This document shows positions 53,720 to 63,368 of a DNA stretch of 64,000 nt, in pieces. Under the pieces are notes generated by a model, which made no database searches, had not been told where the DNA came from, and worked only from the letters and a program-made list of their open reading frames with translations. The position numbers and the translations under genes were made by a program. Source of the DNA: Candidatus Zhuqueibacterota bacterium (GTDB lineage: Bacteria; Zhuqueibacterota; Zhuqueibacteria; Zhuqueibacterales; Geothermadaptataceae). Each line of letters opens with the position of its first letter. The first letter of the stretch is position 1. The stretch is taken from contig JAUZRQ010000091.1 of assembly GCA_030950365.1 (NCBI GenBank), forward strand, positions 20,820 to 84,819. Direction: 5' to 3'.

Positions 53720-54646
53720 TTATTCCGCGCTGAACACATTCACGCCTTTGGGCAAAATTTCAAACGTGGCCGGCAATTTTCCGGGCAATTCTCCATCGGC
53801 ATCCAGCAGCACCTCGCGCTCGGACCAGGCTCGCAGCTTTTTGCCACGGCGGTAGATCACCTTCGGGTGCTTGTACAACGTGCCGCGGTACAACCGCACC
53901 AGATTGCCCAGCACCTCCAGCTTGTTGACATCGCCAATGAGCACGAATTCGAGCAGGCCATCGTCGGCGCGGGCCTCCGGCGCAATCCACATGCCGCCGC
54001 CAAAATATTGCCCGTTGGCCGCGATAATGGCGCTGAACACGCCTTCCTCCTCCGGCTCCTCATCGATTTGAAACCGGATATGCTCGTTTTTATAAAACGT
54101 CAGCGTGTACAGCAGGCCAACGAAATAGGACAGAAAGCTGCCCATGAATTTGGTGAAGCCGTTGACGCGATCGATCAGGGCGCCGCCGTAGCCCAGATCG
54201 GCGATGTTCATAAAATAGCGCACCATCGGCTTGCCGTCGCGGCTCAGGCAGGTCAATTTGCCCACATCGAATGGCCGGGTTTTGTCGCCCAGAATGGTCT
54301 CCACGGCGCGGCGCGGATCATTCGGCACCGGCAGCGTGCGGATCAAATCGATGCCAGTGCCGCGCGGGATGATGCCCAGTCGGGAATCCATCCGGATGGG
54401 GCGATCGCCTTCGAAAAAGCCGTTGATCACTTCATTAACAGTGCCGTCGCCCCCCACGGCAATGATGTCCTGAAACTCGGATTTCAGCGCCTCGCGCGTT
54501 AGCTGAGTAGCGTGTCCCGGTCCCTGGGAAAAATCCACACTGTATTTCACTCCTGCCGATTTCAACAGTTTGGCGATGCCGGGCCAGGCCTTCCGTGCTC
54601 CGCCCCGTCCTGCAGCCGGATTGACGATACATTTCACATACCTCAT
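53720..54646 (-). CDS. Diacylglycerol-kinase-family lipid kinase (YegS/BmrU-like)
   Basis: Start trimmed to ATG 54646 (ATGA overlap with the upstream stop). MRYVKCIVNPAAGRG and AVGGDGTVNEV motifs. Confidence 0.85.
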   Translation of the reverse strand: MRYVKCIVNPAAGRGGARKAWPGIAKLLKSAGVKYSVDFSQGPGHATQLTREALKSEFQDIIAVGGDGTVNEVINGFFEGDRPIRMDSRLGIIPRGTGIDLIRTLPVPNDPRRAVETILGDKTRPFDVGKLTCLSRDGKPMVRYFMNIADLGYGGALIDRVNGFTKFMGSFLSYFVGLLYTLTFYKNEHIRFQIDEEPEEEGVFSAIIAANGQYFGGGMWIAPEARADDGLLEFVLIGDVNKLEVLGNLVRLYRGTLYKHPKVIYRRGKKLRAWSEREVLLDADGELPGKLPATFEILPKGVNVFSAE

Positions 54647-55098
54647 TCTCCCTCCACATGCTTCGCTTCCGGTGGGAATCCGCCTGCCTCCTCCTCTCCT
54701 TTTAGGATTCGTTCGATGCGATCCCGGGAAAAATACTCTCCCACATCCAGGCCCGGGCAGGTCCCCTTTTCCAGAATCCAGGTAAATTCGTTGGCCAGGA
54801 TTTCCGGCCAGAACGGGTAGCTCCGGCACTGTTTCGGCCGCGCCGCATGCACCCGGCAGCGATCCTGCTCATCCAGCATCACGCATGCGCCATCCGGCCG
54901 TTCGGCCAATCTCCACGACTTGTCGGATTGCTTCACATAACTGGCAATAAACTCGTTTTCCGGCATGCCGAGCAAACGGGCCATGTTGGCGGCATCCTCC
55001 GGCGAGAGCTGAACATGCCCGGGAATTTTGCAGCACGCCGCGCATCCCGGCTGACATAAAAACTTTAAGCCCTGTTCATAAAACATTTCCTGTCGCAT
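54643..55098 (-). CDS. YkgJ-family Cys-cluster (Fe/Zn-binding) protein
   Basis: CQPGCAACCK Cys cluster near the N-terminus, plus later Cys residues (DGACVMLDEQDRCRVH). Confidence 0.75.
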   Translation of the reverse strand: MRQEMFYEQGLKFLCQPGCAACCKIPGHVQLSPEDAANMARLLGMPENEFIASYVKQSDKSWRLAERPDGACVMLDEQDRCRVHAARPKQCRSYPFWPEILANEFTWILEKGTCPGLDVGEYFSRDRIERILKGEEEAGGFPPEAKHVEGE

Positions 55099-55300
55099 TC
55101 ATTTTGCCTGCGGTTTTATGCAATGGAGACTGGCGGCGCCGGGGAAACTTCGCTTTATATTATCTTGGATTTTCCTGGCTTAAAAATTTTAATATATCAA
55201 TAATTCTAAGCGAAGGCAAGAAATGCTCAACAAATGGATGGAAAGATTGAAGGTCTCCCCCATTCCCAATTGCGCTTAGACGATTCCACTGTCTCCAGCT

Positions 55301-56767
55301 TCAAATCTTCACCAGACCAAGACGCAAAATTTCGAGCAGCTCGCTGGCGTTATTGCCGTCCTCTGGATAGCTGGCCATAGTAAGGTCGCAGGAAACCTCG
55401 AGCGCGATTTTCTTAATGGCTTCGTTGATTTTCTCGGCCAGAATTTTAGCAATGCGATACGGTGTATCGGGCAACAAAATTAACCACTCGGTCGGTTCCC
55501 GCAGAGTGAGCAGGTCCGTGGACCGCAGAATGCGTTCCAGTTGCGTGAGAATCAGCCGGACCTGCAGACCGGCATCCAGAGCATCCTCGGGGTGCACGAA
55601 CACATTGCGATCGAATTTCAGGCTCAGCAGCGACAGTGGCAAATGGGCATGGCTGTTGCGCCGAATTTCATCGTCCAGCCGATGGCAAAAGGCATCGAAC
55701 TCCACGCTATTCAGCGGTGAATTGGCAAAAGCCGCCGGCAGTTCGACGATATTGCCGGGGGTGAAGTCATCCACTGGATCCGGCAGGTCTTCGTCTTGCG
55801 GATTTGAGATCAATTTGTAAGAATAAATCTTGCGCACCAGCGCCGACACCACGTCGAACTGATGATCGCAATTCATGCAACGGCAATTGACCAGCGGATC
55901 GGTGAACTCTTCCCTGCAGCCCTTGCACACATGCGTGGCCGAAGGTGTCACCTCAAAATCCTCGCCGGCCTTGTGCAGGGCATCCTCGCAGTTCGGGCAG
56001 CGGTACTCGTTGCCCTGCCGAAACTCTTCGCCCGGCCCCCGATAGCCGCAGCCAAGATGGGTGATTATTTTCTTTTGCACGATATCGCCATACTCGCAGT
56101 TCGGGCACACTTCGCGGAAATTCAAATCGTGGTGGCCGCATTTGGGGCAGATGTGGATGGTATCATAAAACACGCGCTCCAAAAACTGCGATCTGGCCAT
56201 ACTTTCTAAAATAAAAATTTCACCGCCGACTTCCTCGGGCTGCAGAATTTGTGCGGCTTCAGGATATACATAGCCCAGCTTCGCATCACGGCAAACCTTC
56301 GGCACCAGCGCCCGGATGCCGTGCTTTTTCATATGATCGATCAAGCGCTGATGGCCGGTTTTCTTTTCAGCCTCGGATTTATGAATTTTCAACTTAAAAA
56401 AATCCAACAAGTTGCGCACCTTGGCCTTCAGTTCCTCCCGCTCAAACGGCTTGGTCAGATAGTCCATTACACCCAGCCGAAGGCCGCGCAGTTTATCCTC
56501 TATGCCATCCTTGGAGGAAATAATGATGACCGGGATGAATCGCCACTGCGGATTGGATTTAATCATTTCGAGGAGAGCGTAGCCATCCATGTCCGGTAAA
56601 ATCAAATCGAGCAGGATAAGATCGGGTACGTGCCTTTCCAGCGCGGCGATCGCCTCCACGGCATTCCTGGCCAGGTCCAGATTATAACCTTCTGGACCGA
56701 AAACCTGCTGCAACAATTGCAGGTGATAGATATCATCATCAATCAGCAGCAAGCGTTCTTTAGCCAT
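55301..56767 (-). CDS. Response regulator: REC, multi-CxxC zinc-ribbon region, C-terminal GGDEF-fold-like degenerate domain
   Basis: Intact REC (DDD..., PDLILLDLILPDMDG, KPF). ICPKCGHHDLNFREVCPNCEYGD, YRCPNCEDAL and HVCKGCREEFTDPLVNCRCMNCDHQF. The C-terminus LRSTDLLTLREPTEWLILLPDT resembles the PelD-like LRSMDILATGERPGEFFLALPMT. Confidence 0.7.
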   Translation of the reverse strand: MAKERLLLIDDDIYHLQLLQQVFGPEGYNLDLARNAVEAIAALERHVPDLILLDLILPDMDGYALLEMIKSNPQWRFIPVIIISSKDGIEDKLRGLRLGVMDYLTKPFEREELKAKVRNLLDFFKLKIHKSEAEKKTGHQRLIDHMKKHGIRALVPKVCRDAKLGYVYPEAAQILQPEEVGGEIFILESMARSQFLERVFYDTIHICPKCGHHDLNFREVCPNCEYGDIVQKKIITHLGCGYRGPGEEFRQGNEYRCPNCEDALHKAGEDFEVTPSATHVCKGCREEFTDPLVNCRCMNCDHQFDVVSALVRKIYSYKLISNPQDEDLPDPVDDFTPGNIVELPAAFANSPLNSVEFDAFCHRLDDEIRRNSHAHLPLSLLSLKFDRNVFVHPEDALDAGLQVRLILTQLERILRSTDLLTLREPTEWLILLPDTPYRIAKILAEKINEAIKKIALEVSCDLTMASYPEDGNNASELLEILRLGLVKI

Positions 56768-56809
56768 GGTTCACCTCAGGTTTACTTCTTTGCCCACCCC
56801 GCCAGCGGC

Positions 56810-58003
56810 TCAATGTACGCCTTCGCTTTTTTCCATCTTTTCTTCGGCCATGGATTTCGTCGCCGGCCTGGCAACCTTGCCAGGCGGGATGGAAGGGGTA
56901 ACAGTTTTTTCCATCGTTACGGCGCGTTTCTTGCGTTTGGGTTCTTTCGGCAAGGTCAGGTTCACGCGGAACCATTCGCCGAATTCGGATTCCGCCCAGA
57001 TGTTGCCGCCGTGGGCTTCCACGATACATTTGGTATTAAACAGGCCAAGTCCGGTGCCTCGCGGCACGTCCGGATTGTACTGCGCCGTTTGCGAAAACTT
57101 CTCGAAAATTGTATCGAGTTTCTCTTTCGGCACGCCTTTACCGCAATTTTTGATGCTGAACAAAAAGCGATCGCCATGATCCTCGATACGGTACTGGATT
57201 TCCGTGCGCGCTTTGCCATATTTGATCGCGTTGCCGAACAGGTTCACGAACACGATGCGCAGGAGTGCTGGGTCCGCCTGCAGCAGCACATGCTGCACCC
57301 GGGATTCCGGATCCGGTACGATTTTCATCTCCTTGGCCATCAGATGGCCTTCCAGCTCTTTTATTACCGGAAGCAGGATTTCATGATACACCTCGATCTG
57401 CTGCCAGTGGATGCGCAGTTCGCCGTTCTCGATTTTGGCCAGATCGAGATAATTGCGAATCATGTCAATGAGGTTGCGGGTGACGCGAATGATGATTTGA
57501 ATGCTGTTTCGCTGCTCCGCATTCAAATCGCCCAACAGACCTTCTTCCAGCAATTCCGCAAAACCGAGAACCGAAATCAGCGGACTGCGCAGTTCGTGCG
57601 ACACAAAACTCAACATGTTCAGATAATGTGAGTTGAGGCGCTGCAGCTCTTCGTTAGTTTTTTTGAGCTTCCGAGTCAGGTTGGCCAGCTTGCGATTCTG
57701 CTCCTTGAGCTTGGCCTGATAATCGGCGTTCTCCTTCAGTAGCGCCGCCTGCTGGGCAAACAAAATAAGCGCCTGCGCCTTTTCCCGCCGTTCATCATCC
57801 TGGAATTCGTTGAGATTCTCGCTGAAATTCATGCCAGGAATTTCGGAAAAACGCCGAATGTATTCATCCAATAAGGCATCCAACAATTCATCCGGATCCT
57901 GGCTCTTTTTTAGCAGTTCCAGACTGAGCGAATAGATTTGATCCAGCTCGGCCAACTTGAGTCGAAGTCGTTCTCGTTCTTTCTCAATACTCGTCATATG
58001 CAT
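56810..58003 (-). CDS. Cytoplasmic histidine kinase (coiled coil, HisKA, HATPase_c)
   Basis: H-box VSHELRSPLISV, N-box NLFGNAIKYG, and G-boxes NCGKGVP and GTGLGL. No TM helix. Confidence 0.85.
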   Translation of the reverse strand: MHMTSIEKERERLRLKLAELDQIYSLSLELLKKSQDPDELLDALLDEYIRRFSEIPGMNFSENLNEFQDDERREKAQALILFAQQAALLKENADYQAKLKEQNRKLANLTRKLKKTNEELQRLNSHYLNMLSFVSHELRSPLISVLGFAELLEEGLLGDLNAEQRNSIQIIIRVTRNLIDMIRNYLDLAKIENGELRIHWQQIEVYHEILLPVIKELEGHLMAKEMKIVPDPESRVQHVLLQADPALLRIVFVNLFGNAIKYGKARTEIQYRIEDHGDRFLFSIKNCGKGVPKEKLDTIFEKFSQTAQYNPDVPRGTGLGLFNTKCIVEAHGGNIWAESEFGEWFRVNLTLPKEPKRKKRAVTMEKTVTPSIPPGKVARPATKSMAEEKMEKSEGVH

Positions 58004-58012
58004 CCTACCGAA

Positions 58013-59707
58013 TCATTTATGATATGCAGAAACACGGATGACCTCGTCCAAGGTGGTGATACCGGCAAACACTTTATCCATGCCATCTTCGCGTAAAGTA
58101 CGCATACCATGTTCATGGGCATAATTGCGAATTTCATCAACCGGGGCTTTTTCAATCACCATGCGCCGCAGGGTTTCATCCATAATCAGCAGCTCATGAA
58201 TACCAGTCCGGCCGGAATATCCGGTGCCTTTGCACTCCCGGCAACCACGCCCCCGGTATAGTTTTCTTCCTCTGGGCAACACTACTTCACTGGTTTTGAG
58301 TATCGCCATACCTTTTTGGTCCGGCTCCTTGCAATTAGGACAGATTTTGCGCACCAATCGCTGGGCCATCACCGCAATCAGTGAGGACGAAACCAGAAAA
58401 GGCTCGATACCCATATCAATCAACCGGTGCACTGCGCTGGGAGCGTCGTTGGTGTGCAGGGTTGACAAGACAAGGTGACCGGTCAGAGCGCTGCGGATGG
58501 CAATTTCGGCCGTTTCCACATCGCGCACCTCGCCCACCATAATAATATCCGGGTCCTGCCTCAAAATCGACCGCAATGCTGCGGCAAAAGTCAATCCCAC
58601 CTTTGGATTTATCTGCACCTGATTGACCAGGGGGAATTTATACTCCACTGGATTTTCCACGGTCACAATATTTTTGTCCAGCGAGTTGATTGTATTCAAC
58701 ACTGCATACAGGGTGGTTGTTTTCCCACTACCGGTGGGACCGGTTATCAGAATAATACCTTCCGGTTGTTTGATGACCTTTTCCCACCGTTTTAGCGTGT
58801 CCGGATGAAAGCCGAGTTCTTCCAATTCGATAATGGCGTTTCTCGAATCCAGAATGCGCAACACTGCCTTTTCGCCGTACACGGTTGGCAGAACCGAAAC
58901 GCGCAAGTCGATTTCGCGGCCGTCCACGCGCAGCCGCAGCCGACCATCCTGGGGGATCCGCCGCTCTGACACATCCAGATCGGCCATGATTTTGATGCGC
59001 GAGATGATCATCGGCGCCAGAGCCAGAGAAGGCTTGGAAATCTCATGCAAAATGCCATCAATGCGATAGCGAATGCGAAACACGTCTTCATCCGGCTCCA
59101 GGTGTACATCGCTGGCCTTATCACGGATCGCCTGTAGCAAAATCATGTTGACCAGCTTGATGATCGATGCCTCGTCAGATGCTTCTTCAGCGCTGAAATC
59201 CGCCTCTTCTTCATCGCTTTTCAGTTCGACGACCTGGGTGAGTTCCAGATTGGAAATCATACGATCCATCGAATCAACCATACTGTAATACTTTTTGATG
59301 GCCGCTTCGATGTCCTTTTCCGAGGCGATGACTTCCTGCACCTGATAACCGGTCTGATAGCGCACGGCATCGATAGCGTAGATGTCCAGCGGATCGGCCA
59401 TGGCTATGGTGAGAGTGTTCTGCACCCGGAACAGTGGGATGAGCTTGTATTGCTGCGCCATGGCCATAGGCACCAGTTTCACCACCGCCGGATCGATGGT
59501 GTACGCATCGATCTGGACCTTCGGAATGCCGAAGCGCTCACTCAGCGCATCCAGAAGCGCATCCTCGGTGATCCACTTTTTGTCGATCAAGATTTTGCCC
59601 AGGCGTTCTCCGGTGGCGCGCTGCAGGGCCAGCGCCTGTTCAAGTTGGCCTTGCGTGATCAGGCCCTTTTCGCGGAGAATTTCACCCAGTTTTTTGTACT
59701 GTCGCAT
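58013..59707 (-). CDS. GspE/PilB/MshE-family secretion ATPase with MshEN-type N-terminal domain
   Basis: Walker A GPTGSGKTT, a Walker B/Asp box, and a tetracysteine CPNC...CREC. The N-terminus KLGEILREKGLITQGQLEQALALQ-RATGE-RLGKILIDKKWITEDALLDALSERF matches the tandem MshEN motif. Confidence 0.9.
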   Translation of the reverse strand: MRQYKKLGEILREKGLITQGQLEQALALQRATGERLGKILIDKKWITEDALLDALSERFGIPKVQIDAYTIDPAVVKLVPMAMAQQYKLIPLFRVQNTLTIAMADPLDIYAIDAVRYQTGYQVQEVIASEKDIEAAIKKYYSMVDSMDRMISNLELTQVVELKSDEEEADFSAEEASDEASIIKLVNMILLQAIRDKASDVHLEPDEDVFRIRYRIDGILHEISKPSLALAPMIISRIKIMADLDVSERRIPQDGRLRLRVDGREIDLRVSVLPTVYGEKAVLRILDSRNAIIELEELGFHPDTLKRWEKVIKQPEGIILITGPTGSGKTTTLYAVLNTINSLDKNIVTVENPVEYKFPLVNQVQINPKVGLTFAAALRSILRQDPDIIMVGEVRDVETAEIAIRSALTGHLVLSTLHTNDAPSAVHRLIDMGIEPFLVSSSLIAVMAQRLVRKICPNCKEPDQKGMAILKTSEVVLPRGRKLYRGRGCRECKGTGYSGRTGIHELLIMDETLRRMVIEKAPVDEIRNYAHEHGMRTLREDGMDKVFAGITTLDEVIRVSAYHK

Positions 59708-59714
59708 GATCCTG

Positions 59715-60176
59715 TCACATCACCACGGGTTCGCTGCTCAGAATATGGCCATATGGCCAGACGGTTATCGGAATCTGCAGTAGATCGAGATAATTCTGCA
59801 ACTTTTGCAAATTTTGTGGCGCACTCAATGGTTTATTCACAAAGCCGGCGGCACCGAACTGATAGGCTTGCCGGATTTTCTGTTCATCCATGCTACTGGT
59901 GAGTAGAATTACCGGAATCGTCGTCCGGCCAAGCAGGGTCCGCAACTCTCTAAGGAACGAAAGCCCATCCATACCCGGCAGGTCCAGGTCCAGAAGCACC
60001 AGAGCCGGCATTTCCATATGCGACTCGAGGTGCTCGAGCGCCTCCCGTCCTTCCGGGAATACCTCGATGTCAATCGCTGTGGTGCTGCGCAGGAGACATT
60101 GCTTAGCAATAAAGGCGTGATCGTCATTGTCCTCCACCAGCATCACCCGAATTTTTTTCGTTCGATTCTGATTCAT
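59715..60176 (-). CDS. Single-domain response regulator (CheY-like)
   Basis: KIRVMLVEDNDD, PALVLLDLDLPGMDG and NKPL. ATG 60176 or 60191; either one overlaps the tail of the upstream kinase ORF. Confidence 0.8.
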   Translation of the reverse strand: MNQNRTKKIRVMLVEDNDDHAFIAKQCLLRSTTAIDIEVFPEGREALEHLESHMEMPALVLLDLDLPGMDGLSFLRELRTLLGRTTIPVILLTSSMDEQKIRQAYQFGAAGFVNKPLSAPQNLQKLQNYLDLLQIPITVWPYGHILSSEPVVM

Positions 60177-62064
60177 GCTCCTCTCCCGCATGCACTTCTC
60201 CGTCTTGAAGGTTTTGCCTCTGGATCACCTTCTCATGCTGAACGACTGTGATCTTTTCCTTTTCATAAATCTCATCCACATTGCTTGCATCTTCGGGCAT
60301 CACCGGTAGTTCGAAATAGAAGCTGGCCCCTTTACCCGGTTTGGATTCCACCCAGATCCGACCACCGAGATGCTGAATGATTTCACGCGAAATCGTCAGG
60401 CCCAGCCCCGTACCGGTCGGTTTGTTGCCATCGTCGGTTTCCATCACCTGTCCGAATTTCTCAAAAATCACATCCAGATATTTTTCCGGGATGCCTGGTC
60501 CTTGATCGATTACGCCCACTTTGACGTAAGCCTGCTTTCGCTTTTTGGTTTCAGGCAGCAACTCCGTTGTAATGATAATCTTACCGCCCTCCGGCGAATA
60601 TTTGATGGCATTGTTGACCAGATTCACAATCACCTGGGTAAGCTTATCATGATCAGCAAAGACGGGGGGCAGCTCGCCGGCATATTTTTTCACCAGCTTG
60701 ATTTTTTTGCGCATCAGCAGGCTTTGCAACGTGTCCACCGCGGAATCAATAACCATCTCGATTTGTAACGGCTCGAGCTGCCATTTGGCTGTCCCCGATT
60801 CCAGCTTGGACAGGTCGAGGATATTGTTGATCAGCCGCGTCAGCCGGTCGCTCTCGGAATTAATGATGGTCAAAAATTCCTTTTTCGTTTCCTCGTTCTC
60901 GTCGTAGTTCAACAAAATTTCCGAAAACGACTTGATGGCCGTAAGTGGTGTGCGCAATTCATGCGAGATATTAGAAATGAGCTGATCTTTCAGTCGGTCA
61001 ATCTTTCGCAATTTGATCAGCTCATATGTTTCGCTCATATCTTGAAACACAAAAATGGCTCCCTTAACGTGCCCTTCTTCATCCTTGAGCTGATTGCATT
61101 TGACCGAAACCGGGATTTTCGTCCCATCCTCCTTTTTGATTTCGAACTCGTCGCTAATTTCGCCGCCTTCGGCCACGATTTTCTTGTACAGTTCGTGCAA
61201 CTTCACGCCAAACGAATCCGCAAACACCTCCAACAGGTGATAGCCAGTAGGATCAATTTCGCTCAACGAAAATAGGTCTTCGGTGTTCTTATTAATAAGT
61301 TCGATCTTGCCTTCTTCATTAACCGCCAGAACCCCATTGCTCATACCCTGCAACACATTGGACAAATAATTTTTAATATTGTCTAAAACTTCGGTCTTAA
61401 TGGCCATCGTCTCATAGAGATGCGCATTCTCAATTGCAATGGCGGTATGGTTGGCAAGAATGATCATCAAATCAAAATCCCGCTGCCTGAACTCTTCCGG
61501 TGTTTTTTGAATGATGGCATCCAATAAGCCTTTAATTTTGGTCCCCTGCACCACTGGAATGATGACGGCAGAACACTCTTCCTGGTCGGCAGAGCTAAAT
61601 TTCAGTGTTTCGGGTAATACGATGGGACGACGTTCGTTCAGGGCCCAGCGGTAATAGGCGTAAACTTGGTGCTTGCGGATAAATTCGCGAAATTCTTTTT
61701 CCAGATTATAATCATGTACCATAAAAAAATCATCGGCCAGCGTATCATAGCGGAAATAAGCGGCCGCTCTCAGCGGTAGAATTTGGGCAACGGCCTCAAT
61801 AAAATCGCTGACGATTTGAGATTGTTTGCGAATTTTAACAATGTTCTGCGATAAATTATATACGGTCTGAATATCGTAATAGGCCCGTTTTAGTCCTTCG
61901 GAGGTTTCGGTGATGAGCTGAATGTACGATTCTTTTTCAAGCAGTTCACGCCTGGTTCGATGCATCTCTTCCCGAAGTTGCTCAAGGTAGAGGTCGAGCT
62001 GATCGTTCCTGGCAAAATAAACTGATTGCTGGCTTCCCACGTCCTTTTCTCCGGTCACTCCCAT
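60124..62064 (-). CDS. Sensor histidine kinase (coiled coil, GAF, PAS, HisKA, HATPase_c)
   Basis: H-box ISHELRTPLTAI, N-box LVNNAIKYSPEGG, and G-boxes DQGPGIP and GTGLGL. A PAS-like segment (GMSNGVLAVNEEGKIELINKN) and an upstream GAF-like region. Confidence 0.85.
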   Translation of the reverse strand: MGVTGEKDVGSQQSVYFARNDQLDLYLEQLREEMHRTRRELLEKESYIQLITETSEGLKRAYYDIQTVYNLSQNIVKIRKQSQIVSDFIEAVAQILPLRAAAYFRYDTLADDFFMVHDYNLEKEFREFIRKHQVYAYYRWALNERRPIVLPETLKFSSADQEECSAVIIPVVQGTKIKGLLDAIIQKTPEEFRQRDFDLMIILANHTAIAIENAHLYETMAIKTEVLDNIKNYLSNVLQGMSNGVLAVNEEGKIELINKNTEDLFSLSEIDPTGYHLLEVFADSFGVKLHELYKKIVAEGGEISDEFEIKKEDGTKIPVSVKCNQLKDEEGHVKGAIFVFQDMSETYELIKLRKIDRLKDQLISNISHELRTPLTAIKSFSEILLNYDENEETKKEFLTIINSESDRLTRLINNILDLSKLESGTAKWQLEPLQIEMVIDSAVDTLQSLLMRKKIKLVKKYAGELPPVFADHDKLTQVIVNLVNNAIKYSPEGGKIIITTELLPETKKRKQAYVKVGVIDQGPGIPEKYLDVIFEKFGQVMETDDGNKPTGTGLGLTISREIIQHLGGRIWVESKPGKGASFYFELPVMPEDASNVDEIYEKEKITVVQHEKVIQRQNLQDGEVHAGEEHESESNEKNSGDAGGGQ

Positions 62065-62085
62065 CTTCCTTTCCTGTCCATAAGG

Positions 62086-62955
62086 TTAACCGATTACCAT
62101 TCGCAGGAATTCTTTTGCGTTTTCAAATCCAATTCGAATCTCTTCAAGAAGTTGAGGCACGTTATCTGGATTGATATTGATCAAGTGCCAAATATCTTCA
62201 CTGATAATCGGTTGAGAAGGATCACCACTGTGGCCAAATCCTTCCAGACGCACAAGCACATTGGCCAGATGGACAATGGCCACAATTTCGCCATATTTTT
62301 CTGGATTTTGTAACGAATGGTGGAATTCAATGGTGGCAATTAAATGAGAAGGTAAATTCCATTTTTCGCCAAGCCAGGCACCTATATCGGTGTGTTGTGC
62401 ACCAATTGCGTGTTGTTCGCCTTCAAACAGTGGGACCTTGTGTTTATAGGCAAAATCCAATGCTTGCATGAATTCTTCATGCAAAAACTGGTCGAATACC
62501 ACCTTTCCGATATCATGGATCAAGCCGGCCATAAATGCTTCCTCCGGCATCTCATATCGAATATGCTCGGCAATGGTCTTTGCTGCCACGGCACAAGCCA
62601 CGGAATGTTGCCAAAATTTTTCACGGCTAAACCCGCAATGCTCCTGAGGATTCTCGCAATTCCCCAATTGATCGAATATTGCTGTGGTCAAGGCGAGGTT
62701 TTTGATGGTGTTGAATCCCAGGATCACCGTGGCCTGTGAGAGGGTGGCAATGCGCTTGGACATGCCATAGAATGGAGAATTCACCAGCTTCAAAACTTTG
62801 GTAGCCAGTGACTGATCCTGAGAAATAATTTTGCTCACCTGGTTTACTGAAGAAGCAGGATTATCGATGAGCTTCAATAAATGCATGACAACTTGTGGTA
62901 AAGTAGGAAGCTGCTTAATTTTCAGGAGTACCTGCCGAATCTCTTGAACGTTCAT
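62086..62955 (-). CDS. HDOD-domain protein
   Basis: LPTLPQVVMHLLKLIDNPASSVNQVSKIISQDQSLATKVLKLVNSPFYG is the typical HDOD N-terminus. ATGA overlap with the upstream REC gene. Confidence 0.85.
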   Translation of the reverse strand: MNVQEIRQVLLKIKQLPTLPQVVMHLLKLIDNPASSVNQVSKIISQDQSLATKVLKLVNSPFYGMSKRIATLSQATVILGFNTIKNLALTTAIFDQLGNCENPQEHCGFSREKFWQHSVACAVAAKTIAEHIRYEMPEEAFMAGLIHDIGKVVFDQFLHEEFMQALDFAYKHKVPLFEGEQHAIGAQHTDIGAWLGEKWNLPSHLIATIEFHHSLQNPEKYGEIVAIVHLANVLVRLEGFGHSGDPSQPIISEDIWHLININPDNVPQLLEEIRIGFENAKEFLRMVIG

Positions 62956-63341
62956 ACCCCACCTATACCTGGTGACGAACCCAAAATTTCTTTCACCCGC
63001 TGGATCACTTTAGAAGGGCTAAAAGGCTTGACCATGAATTCGTTCGCGCCCACCGCCAATCCTTTCTTGCGGTCCCGTTCCTGGCCTTTGGCCGTTAGCA
63101 TGATGATATACAGGTCATCTTTGTGCAAATCCTGGCGTATTTTACGACAGACCTCATACCCATTGAGATACGGCATCATAACATCCAAAAAAACCAGATC
63201 GGGATTTTCTTCCTCGATTAATTTCAACGCTTCACGGCCATCCTTTGCGCTCACGGTCTCATAACCGTGTTTTCCCAGCACAAACGTTAAAGATCGAAGA
63301 ACAAACGGCTCGTCATCAACAACCAGAATTTTCTTTGACAT
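62952..63341 (-). CDS. Single-domain response regulator
   Basis: KILVVDDEPF, PDLVFLDVMMPYLNG and VKPF. Confidence 0.9.
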   Translation of the reverse strand: MSKKILVVDDEPFVLRSLTFVLGKHGYETVSAKDGREALKLIEEENPDLVFLDVMMPYLNGYEVCRKIRQDLHKDDLYIIMLTAKGQERDRKKGLAVGANEFMVKPFSPSKVIQRVKEILGSSPGIGGV

Positions 63342-63368
63342 GATAACCGCAACTTAGTTTTAGATTCA

